Source of the DNA: a virus
Lineage: Duplodnaviria > Caudoviricetes
Length of the DNA: 62,513 nt
Virus record (IMG/VR): IMGVR_UViG_3300037424_002587
Span: 1-62,513 of that record
Direction: 5' to 3' (one strand)
Each line of letters begins with the position of its first letter. The first letter of the stretch is position 1. The notes beneath the pieces are model-generated. The model saw only the letters and a program-made list of their open reading frames with translations. It had not been told where the DNA came from and did not search any database. Positions 56,089 through 62,513 of this stretch are shown piece by piece. The position numbers and the translations under genes are program-made.

Positions 56089-56271
56089 TCACCCGCTATC
56101 CTCCTCATTCTTATCTGCAACTACATGCTCAAAATATTGTTTTCTGTATTTGATTTTTGCAATTTCTTCTCGGCTCTCTCTACGTTCCTTATTGGCGGAA
56201 TGTTTATTTTTTTTATCACATTTAATCTTTAAATGTTTTTTGCGTTCCAGTTTTTCGAAAAATTCAGGCAC
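56089..56271 (-). CDS. Small basic hypothetical protein
   Basis: ORF track; AGGAG RBS. Confidence 0.45.
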   Translation of the reverse strand: MPEFFEKLERKKHLKIKCDKKNKHSANKERRESREEIAKIKYRKQYFEHVVADKNEEDSG

Positions 56272-56300
56272 AGCTAATAACTCTCCTATGAATCACGTTG

Positions 56301-57527
56301 CTACTTTTGTAGTATTAAAAAGTACTTCGCATATTTGGTTATTAAAGTCTCCCAAATATGATCTATCGAAGCAGGTATATGTACACCATTTTTAACAATA
56401 TAAGACTCTTTAGCTTTTAAGGCTAAATTCATTTTAAATATATTTGACTTTATATCCCAAAATTTTGAAAAATCATTGTAATCTAAACCTTCGATACCTG
56501 TAGTGCCTTTCTTTTTTAAAAAATGATAAAGTGTTTCATTAGATTCCCATTTGTAAATATTGGGGTTAAAACTTGAAAATCTTTCATCTTTAGGAGGGGC
56601 CCCTCTTAAACCCTCTATTAAATTCAACCAACCTTTTTTTTCATAGAACTTTAACTTAAAAATTTTTTCATTCAAAGTATCTTTCAAAAATTTAAAATAC
56701 TCTTTTTTACTATTATAAGGTAATGAAAATGAAAAATAGGATTTTAAAGAATTGCAAAACGAATCATAGTCATCTATTACCATGAGACACCTTGGTTTGT
56801 AAAAAACTTTAAACATTTGAGCTAAAAAAGTAAAAGGTCGCATTACACCTATTTTAAAATTTTTACAATTTTGAACATCTCTTAAATAACGACATTTGAT
56901 ATAACAATTATTTTCAATTAAAAAATTTTGTTTGTTCCTTCCAAATAACCTTTTACAAGAAGCATTTTCAAGATTATTTTTGTTAATATAACATCGATAA
57001 CTATCTTTTTTTCTAAAAATACCAAGTTCTAAATCTGTAATTTTTAAAAAATTAACTAATTTAGTATCAAAAGTAATTAGAAATGCATTTGGAAATAATT
57101 TCAATGCTGAATATATTGTATCTTTTTTATCATTTGTTTTCAATTTAATAATATTTGTATTGTTAAATTCAGAAAACTTATTATCTAAACAATTAAAATT
57201 CCAATCAGGTAAAAATTTTATCTTATGATTTTCAATATTTAAAAAAGATACCCCTTCTTCTTCATTGTCTGAAAAAATTTGAAATCTACTTAATTTTTTC
57301 TTTGAACTTTTAATATAAGGTTTTTCAAACAAACTCAATACATCTCTTACCCCTAAACTATATTCTAATAATAACACATTATCTAAAGATAATGTCTTCC
57401 TATTTTGTTCCAAAAATAACGTGTGCTGTTTATGTTGATCTAAAAATAAACTACTTCTTCCATATAAGAGACAATAAGACTCCTGATCTCTCTTGTTAGC
57501 TCGTAGATATAAAGTTTTATGGTTCAA
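56301..57527 (-). CDS. Hypothetical Lys/Phe-rich protein
   Basis: 408-aa ORF; its RBS and TTG start lie in the tnpB-downstream end. Confidence 0.6.
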   Translation of the reverse strand: MNHKTLYLRANKRDQESYCLLYGRSSLFLDQHKQHTLFLEQNRKTLSLDNVLLLEYSLGVRDVLSLFEKPYIKSSKKKLSRFQIFSDNEEEGVSFLNIENHKIKFLPDWNFNCLDNKFSEFNNTNIIKLKTNDKKDTIYSALKLFPNAFLITFDTKLVNFLKITDLELGIFRKKDSYRCYINKNNLENASCKRLFGRNKQNFLIENNCYIKCRYLRDVQNCKNFKIGVMRPFTFLAQMFKVFYKPRCLMVIDDYDSFCNSLKSYFSFSLPYNSKKEYFKFLKDTLNEKIFKLKFYEKKGWLNLIEGLRGAPPKDERFSSFNPNIYKWESNETLYHFLKKKGTTGIEGLDYNDFSKFWDIKSNIFKMNLALKAKESYIVKNGVHIPASIDHIWETLITKYAKYFLILQK

Positions 57528-58848
57528 AATTCCTTTCTTTATGAAAAACTAAACATTTTCAATGGGTTAACCACTAACCCTCTATTGAGTAGTTTTTCTT
57601 CAAAAAACTCATCTTGAAGAAAATCATTCCCAATTACTTTTCTTAAAATTCCTAATGCACCATTAACATCAGCATTTAATAGTTGACCGTAGCTACTACG
57701 AAACAAACCACGTTTAACTCTTTTTCCAAGGTATGTTTCATGGTGTTCCAACGTCTCATTGGCTAAATGATCAACTTTACTCGTGTAGGATTCTTCCGTT
57801 GTTAACACAACAATACCTACTTCTTCAGCTTTGTAAGTTATTTGGCTAATGAGTGTGTTAAATGGGATACTAACAAATTTTTGATTAGTAGCCTTACTTA
57901 GATTAACTCTTTGTTTCCAACCATCGTTTTTTCCAATAACAATCGTTCCAATGTTATGTTGAAGACAATAATTAATAATGAATCTTGATGTATGGTGCAT
58001 GTAGTTTTGAACACGCATGTTCCTTTTGTGAGTAAGTCGAAGTATACGTTTCGAACTTCCCTTTCCACCTACATAACTTTGATACACTGCCTTTATCTTG
58101 TTATAATATTGATTAATGGACTTCAAAATCTTACCTTTAATGAGAATAGGAAGTTGTCCTGACTCATTTAACAAGTGGTCAAAATGGTCTTTGACCATTG
58201 AGACCCCCACACAAGTTGCAAGATTATTAATGCCTAAATCAATACCAAGGTATAGTTCACTTTTTAAGTTTTCATCTATTTCAATCTCCTTTTTATAAAC
58301 AACCTCAACCACATAACATGTATGCTGGGGTATAATTCTAACAAGTTGTAAGTTGTTAGTAATTTTAGTTTTTAATGGCTGAATGCCACTTCTCTTTGGA
58401 AAATGTATGAAACCATTCTTAATCTTACACTGAACATAAGTGAATACCACAATGTTTTTACCATTTTCCTCTTTGTAATGTGGAATTCTTGGTTTGCCAG
58501 TAAATTTCTTAGGGTGTTTAGAATACTCAATACTTGCTCTAACAAAACTTTTCCAATTTTTCTCTAAAAGCAGGAGTATCTGTTGAGCACTATTATGAGG
58601 TAAAGCTCTAAAACTTTCTTCTTTCTTCATTAAATGATACAAATCATTGTAGCTTATATACTTTCCCGTGTTAAAGTAAACATTTCGCATGTAAAAATTA
58701 GCACGGTTGTAGAGATTTTTAGATAAAAAACATAATCTGTCAAAAGTTTTAGACTCTAAAAATATATGACGTTCACATCTTGTTAAAATGGTATTCACCT
58801 CCTTTCACGAAGAAGCCCATATTGCCATAGGCAACGTGAGTGATTCAC
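57519..58848. mobile_element. Non-autonomous IS200/IS605-family (IS1341-like) element, tnpB only
   Basis: tnpB flanked by ends that recur in shorter copies (4556, 36998, 62258); hairpin end gaagcccatattgccataggcaacgtgagtgattcac; no tnpA in the window. Left boundary is 57519-57543. Confidence 0.8.
57539..58798 (-). CDS. tnpB: RNA-guided endonuclease TnpB
   Basis: LCFLSKNLYN, GIDLGINNL (RuvC-I), IVIGKN, EESYTSK, KRGLF, NADVNGALGILRK (RuvC-III). Confidence 0.95.
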   Translation of the reverse strand: MNTILTRCERHIFLESKTFDRLCFLSKNLYNRANFYMRNVYFNTGKYISYNDLYHLMKKEESFRALPHNSAQQILLLLEKNWKSFVRASIEYSKHPKKFTGKPRIPHYKEENGKNIVVFTYVQCKIKNGFIHFPKRSGIQPLKTKITNNLQLVRIIPQHTCYVVEVVYKKEIEIDENLKSELYLGIDLGINNLATCVGVSMVKDHFDHLLNESGQLPILIKGKILKSINQYYNKIKAVYQSYVGGKGSSKRILRLTHKRNMRVQNYMHHTSRFIINYCLQHNIGTIVIGKNDGWKQRVNLSKATNQKFVSIPFNTLISQITYKAEEVGIVVLTTEESYTSKVDHLANETLEHHETYLGKRVKRGLFRSSYGQLLNADVNGALGILRKVIGNDFLQDEFFEEKLLNRGLVVNPLKMFSFS

Positions 58849-58850
58849 TA

Positions 58851-59192
58851 TCACGCAAACTTTTGCAGTCCTTTTTTTATCTTCAATTTAGCGGCGATAT
58901 CTAACTTTTGTAAGGCTTTTTTAAATGTAGGATTTGTAGCTAACTTAGAAAGATCTTGAACCATGTTGAAATCTTTCATAAATAATAGTACAGATACTGC
59001 CGCTAATTTTTTATTAGCGAAATAACCCTCATGAAGATCTTCACCTGAAGCCTCATGTGCCACTTTCCACAATCCATTCTTTTCATATAAAAATATACCG
59101 GGTAAATCTAACAACTTATAGACATTAATGAGTACTTTATGTCCACCTAACTCAATTTTTGCATTGTCCTTTTTAAGACGAATATCAGGCAT
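58851..59192 (-). CDS. Hypothetical protein
   Basis: ORF track; TAATG overlap with the upstream gene. Confidence 0.6.
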   Translation of the reverse strand: MPDIRLKKDNAKIELGGHKVLINVYKLLDLPGIFLYEKNGLWKVAHEASGEDLHEGYFANKKLAAVSVLLFMKDFNMVQDLSKLATNPTFKKALQKLDIAAKLKIKKGLQKFA

Positions 59193-59521
59193 TACAGCTC
59201 CTTAATGATTTCTTTTTCTTCATAAGTTAAATCACCATTTAATATCTTTTCTTCAGTGATCTTTTTGATAACTAATTTATTATCCCTAACACTGACAACC
59301 TTACAAGTAAAAACGATATCTTTACCCTTTATGGTGAAAATTTCACCGATGTTCCACTCTTTTACATTTGAAACTCGAATTTGCATTCGATCTCTCGCTA
59401 AAGTGTGCATAAATTCTACAGTACTTTCTATACCATCCTTTACAACTTTCAATAATTTCTTTTCAAAAGGAAAATATACAATACCTGTTTTTTTATTATA
59501 TAAAGGTTTTAATTGTTCCAC
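59192..59521 (-). CDS. Hypothetical protein
   Basis: ORF track. Confidence 0.6.
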   Translation of the reverse strand: MEQLKPLYNKKTGIVYFPFEKKLLKVVKDGIESTVEFMHTLARDRMQIRVSNVKEWNIGEIFTIKGKDIVFTCKVVSVRDNKLVIKKITEEKILNGDLTYEEKEIIKEL

Positions 59522-59539
59522 TTTTTATATCCCTTTCAT

Positions 59540-59704
59540 TTAAATAAGACGTGTCCAAATTTTTCCTATTTCTATCATTAGAATTGTTGATTCACTAACA
59601 TCAAATTTTTCACTTATTTCTTTTTTTGTCAACTTATTTTCTTGCAATAATCTTTTAATTTCCTCAATTTCTTCTTTACTAATTGTCCTCCAAATTTTAT
59701 CCAT
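59540..59704 (-). CDS. Small HTH protein (homing-endonuclease C-terminal HTH-like, 54 aa)
   Basis: Manual translation MDKIWRTISKEEIEEIKRLLQENKLTKKEISEKFDVSESTILMIEIGKIWTRLI; GAGGTG RBS. Confidence 0.55.
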   Translation of the reverse strand: MDKIWRTISKEEIEEIKRLLQENKLTKKEISEKFDVSESTILMIEIGKIWTRLI

Positions 59705-59781
59705 CACTAATATTTTTCACCTCTCACAGTATTGAATTTTAAATCCAAATAGCTCCAAAAGTTATACTAACGAAAAACACT

Positions 59782-60783
59782 TCAACTTTCAGTTTGAATA
59801 CTTCGAATAATTTTTTCAACTAAAGAAACTCCCACAGTTTGTTCATTAGGATTAAGCCCTTGCAAAGCTAAATAAGAAGTTAACCCTTTTAAGGAATCAA
59901 AATCTTGTTCATATTCTTCAATTTCTTCAAATGTAGTAAAATCTTGAGTTGACACTACTACATTAGGTGGCAAATCTCTATTTAAATGTGATTCATTAGT
60001 TAATAATTTGACATATCCGTCAGAAGGAATCGTTTCCCCTTCTTTAATGATATATAAAGGTTTTACATTTTTAAGACGTACAAATTTAGGATTTTCAGGA
60101 TTATTGGTATCAACTATTAACACTCCTTTTGGCTGTTTGTCATGAAATTGGTGTTGTATTGGTGAACCGCACTGAAATGCATTTCGTAATCTCAATCTTT
60201 GCATCTTATGTATATGTCCAAACGCATAATATGTTATATTTGGAATTTGTTTCATCTCCCAACCAGTTCGTGCAGTCCAGCCCTTATCATCAGATACTCC
60301 AATAGTGGTATCATGTATCATTGCAACAATCCACTTATATTGTTCTTTTATTTGTGAAACCATCTCTTCAAGAGTTGCCTCCTTAAATAAAGGCATTACT
60401 AAAAACGCGCCATCTTCGTAGGGGATTACTTTATTTTGTAATTCCACAATAATCGTATTTTTAAATTTATGTTTATCAAAAAGTATCTTTAAATAATGAA
60501 TGGAAGTACCACTTATATCAATAGTATCATGATTTCCTTCAAAAATAATAGTAGTAAAGTATTTATCATATCTTAAAAGTTTTTCAAGAACCATATCGCG
60601 GCACTCACGATTAGGTTCTCGTTTATGAAATAAATCACCACACACTAATATTACTTTAATATTACGTTTTTTTGCAATGGCATAGATATTATCTATCATT
60701 GTAGCTTGTCGCGATAAATAATCATTAGGTAAAAACTTCCAAGATTCTCCAATATGCCAATCTGAAGTATGTAAAAAAACCAC
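59782..60783 (-). CDS. sbcD: SbcD/Mre11/gp47-like metallophosphoesterase nuclease
   Basis: HTSDWHIG, CGDLFH, GNHD, YAFGHIH, CGSP. Confidence 0.9.
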   Translation of the reverse strand: MVFLHTSDWHIGESWKFLPNDYLSRQATMIDNIYAIAKKRNIKVILVCGDLFHKREPNRECRDMVLEKLLRYDKYFTTIIFEGNHDTIDISGTSIHYLKILFDKHKFKNTIIVELQNKVIPYEDGAFLVMPLFKEATLEEMVSQIKEQYKWIVAMIHDTTIGVSDDKGWTARTGWEMKQIPNITYYAFGHIHKMQRLRLRNAFQCGSPIQHQFHDKQPKGVLIVDTNNPENPKFVRLKNVKPLYIIKEGETIPSDGYVKLLTNESHLNRDLPPNVVVSTQDFTTFEEIEEYEQDFDSLKGLTSYLALQGLNPNEQTVGVSLVEKIIRSIQTES

Positions 60784-60818
60784 GTTAATTTCCTCTCTCT
60801 GTTAAACTTACCAATTAA

Positions 60819-61583
60819 TTATTTTTCATTTTTATGAACTTCTATGATAGCGGGTAATACATTGGGATCTTTCACCCATTCACAATACTCGGTCCAGGTC
60901 ATTCCAAGAAAATTATGTAAAGTAATTGATCCCTTTAAGGATCCATGCCAACGTGCTACAAAATCATTAATTTCACACATTTGCACTTCACCTAACACAC
61001 ATCTTTCAACAAAAGTTTTCTCCTCTTGACTTTGTTCCACTTCATCGTTTCGTTTTACTTGCCCAATGTGAAAAACATCCTGATTTAAAAAGAATCTCAT
61101 ACTCGATTGTTTACCTAATTTAAAATGGTGCATTTTAAGTTTATTTGTAGAATTAGAACAATAGATCACCTCAGGTTTTATTTTACAGATACAGCTTAAA
61201 TAATCACAATAGATACCAAGATCAAGTTTTTCATCTAAAAGTTTTGAACGTCGAACCCACATCAATCCTCGAAACAATTCCGAAAGATCCTCAGTATCAA
61301 TTTTACTCTCTTCTTTATGATTTTCAAAAATAACTAAAGGAATTGCTATTGGATCTTCATATCTTTCGGATTCAACAAGCCAATAAGTATTTTGCCAATC
61401 CATACCATCGATCCAGACTTCAGTATAATATTTATCTATTGTAGGTGTTCCTAAATATAAACCCGCAGGATATGGCCAATTTTCGGAAGGTATATTAAAA
61501 TCTTTTCTCCCCTTTTCAATAACGCCAACTGCATTTAATAGATAAGTAGGTGCTAACATCACTGTATTATAAGGTATTCCCAT
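60819..61583 (-). CDS. Hypothetical protein
   Basis: ORF track; the RBS/start matches the mini-element end. Confidence 0.65.
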   Translation of the reverse strand: MGIPYNTVMLAPTYLLNAVGVIEKGRKDFNIPSENWPYPAGLYLGTPTIDKYYTEVWIDGMDWQNTYWLVESERYEDPIAIPLVIFENHKEESKIDTEDLSELFRGLMWVRRSKLLDEKLDLGIYCDYLSCICKIKPEVIYCSNSTNKLKMHHFKLGKQSSMRFFLNQDVFHIGQVKRNDEVEQSQEEKTFVERCVLGEVQMCEINDFVARWHGSLKGSITLHNFLGMTWTEYCEWVKDPNVLPAIIEVHKNEK

Positions 61584-61603
61584 GATTCAATTCCTTTCTT
61601 TCA
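61581..61603. repeat. Fragment matching the tnpB-downstream end (aaagaaaggaattgaatcATG)
   Basis: Similar to 36998-37021 and 57519-57541; could also be only a shared RBS. Confidence 0.4.
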
Positions 61604-62260
61604 ATATGTAATCCATAAATTATTTGATACTTTTTCAATTTCTTTATAAAGATTTACAAGCTCTTCTTCAGAAAAACTTGGGATATTTAACTTTTTTGTT
61701 ATTCTACTTGCTTGATGTTGAACAATCACAGGAAATTTAGATTTAAATTTATGATCATAAATTTGACAATACGAGATTGGTAATTTATATAATTTAATTG
61801 TTTTATTTTGAGCAATCATACTTTGTAGTATTCTTTGCTCGAATAAAACTTTATTTATTTTATTAGCTTCAATCCAATTCTCTATAAGATACCTCACTTT
61901 ATCACAGTTGTTCAAATAAAGAGTACCACTCCATAAATGATTAATATGACTATAGAAAGCTGCAATATCGATATTATTAAGATTTTCAAAAAGTTGGGGA
62001 TATTGAACAACTTCACCATCAGCATCTATAAACACAACTGGTGCTTTAACTCGAGTTAGAGCACGCAGTATAAACGTTGCTTTATAATCAGTTGCATCTT
62101 TCCAACTACCCAAAGAGGGTATACCTTCAATATAATAGTCAAGTTCAAATTTTTCTAAACTTGCTATTAAGCGCTTAATCTGCTCCGCGTAAATAGTATC
62201 TTCTGTGTAGTAAGAAATAACTACAAAATTCTTACCCTTCCTTTTAAAAAGGATGTTCAT
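61601..62260 (-). CDS. Nucleotide-diphospho-sugar (GT-A) glycosyltransferase
   Basis: ISYYT..Y...L..SL, W....YKA.FI, FIDAD (DxD), SGTLYL, EQ..L, LP.SYC.I.D, HQASR. Confidence 0.8.
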   Translation of the reverse strand: MNILFKRKGKNFVVISYYTEDTIYAEQIKRLIASLEKFELDYYIEGIPSLGSWKDATDYKATFILRALTRVKAPVVFIDADGEVVQYPQLFENLNNIDIAAFYSHINHLWSGTLYLNNCDKVRYLIENWIEANKINKVLFEQRILQSMIAQNKTIKLYKLPISYCQIYDHKFKSKFPVIVQHQASRITKKLNIPSFSEEELVNLYKEIEKVSNNLWITY

Positions 62261-62364
62261 AATTCGAACGTTTCCTTTCTTTATGAACCATTTAACTCCT
62301 TCTCACGAAGAAGCCTGTAGTTGTCCAATGGACAAAGACCATTGGACAACTATGGGTGATTCAC
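62258..62364. mobile_element. ~105-bp mini element joining both ends of the tnpB unit with tnpB deleted
   Basis: ttcctttctttatgaa (=57530-57545) joined to ctccttctcacgaagaagcc (~58799-58817) and hairpin tagttgtccaatgg..ccattggacaactatgggtgattcac. Confidence 0.85.
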
Positions 62365-62513
62365 TTCATCCAGCCAACTTTTTCATAGTTATTAATAAAT
62401 TGAGTTTTTTCACTACCAAATTTCTTAGCGATTCTAAGCATATTCAATTGAAAATTTTCTTCTGTAAACATTAAATCATCATAATAGATGGTCATTATAT
62501 TAGAAAAATAATC
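62361..62513 (-). CDS. 3' end of a gene running in from beyond the window
   Basis: Open frame ...DYFSNIMTIYYDDLMFTEENFQLNMLRIAKKFGSEKTQFINNYEKVGWMK*; TGA comes from the element end. Confidence 0.5.
   Translation of the reverse strand, partial: DYFSNIMTIYYDDLMFTEENFQLNMLRIAKKFGSEKTQFINNYEKVGWMK

Noticed and set aside
57539-58798. Nuclease-dead TnpB (TldR-like regulator)
   Set aside because: Both RuvC aspartates are present and a relocated Glu (EESYTS) is available, so inactivity cannot be claimed.
19085-62364. CRISPR array from the recurring cccatagttgtc/gacaactatggg repeat
   Set aside because: Copies are kilobases apart, in both orientations and of variable length. There is no repeat-spacer periodicity and no cas genes.
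850-62474. Plus-strand ORFs in the track (for example 11904..12530, 14113..14472, 56033..56395)
   Set aside because: They are mostly antisense shadows of convincing minus-strand genes, with no recognisable motifs.
1-62513. Alternative genetic code (stop reassignment) to explain the fused ORFs
   Set aside because: TAA, TAG and TGA all end genes at sensible boundaries, and conserved proteins are intact in the standard code.

Overview
A 62.5-kb, AT-rich segment of a large (jumbo-type) contractile-tailed phage, with essentially all genes on the minus strand. Positions 1-19.0 kb form a tail/baseplate module: gp5-like spike, hub, tube initiator, tape measure with an SLT domain, tail chaperone pair, tube, sheath and terminator. 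Interleaved with these are two paralogous amidoligase-like genes, an ADP-ribosyltransferase-like gene, a papain protease and a GIY-YIG homing endonuclease. Positions 19.2-62.5 kb hold replication, recombination and accessory genes: DnaN-like clamp, UDG, 5'-3' exonuclease, RNA ligase, DnaB, SF2 helicase, SbcC, SbcD, DnaX, ClpX, Tmk, SpeD, QueD, dCMP deaminase, UDP-sugar dehydrogenase, glycosyltransferase and a B12 radical SAM enzyme. Four observations stand out. (1) A dispersed family of IS200/IS605-type mini-elements (ends ...GGGTGATTCAC, often after TTTAT) is related to a tnpB locus; the ends supply stop codons and RBS/start codons to flanking phage genes, and one copy is an orphan omega-RNA-like locus. 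(2) Cargo enzymes are fused in-frame to core genes that keep their own internal RBS (DNA methyltransferase-DnaX, homing endonuclease-exonuclease, papain-small protein). (3) Near-identical class 3 inteins sit in the Walker A motifs of both DnaB and ClpX. (4) The tail chaperone pair has a candidate +1/-2 frameshift. All calls come from reading motifs by eye; no database searches were run.
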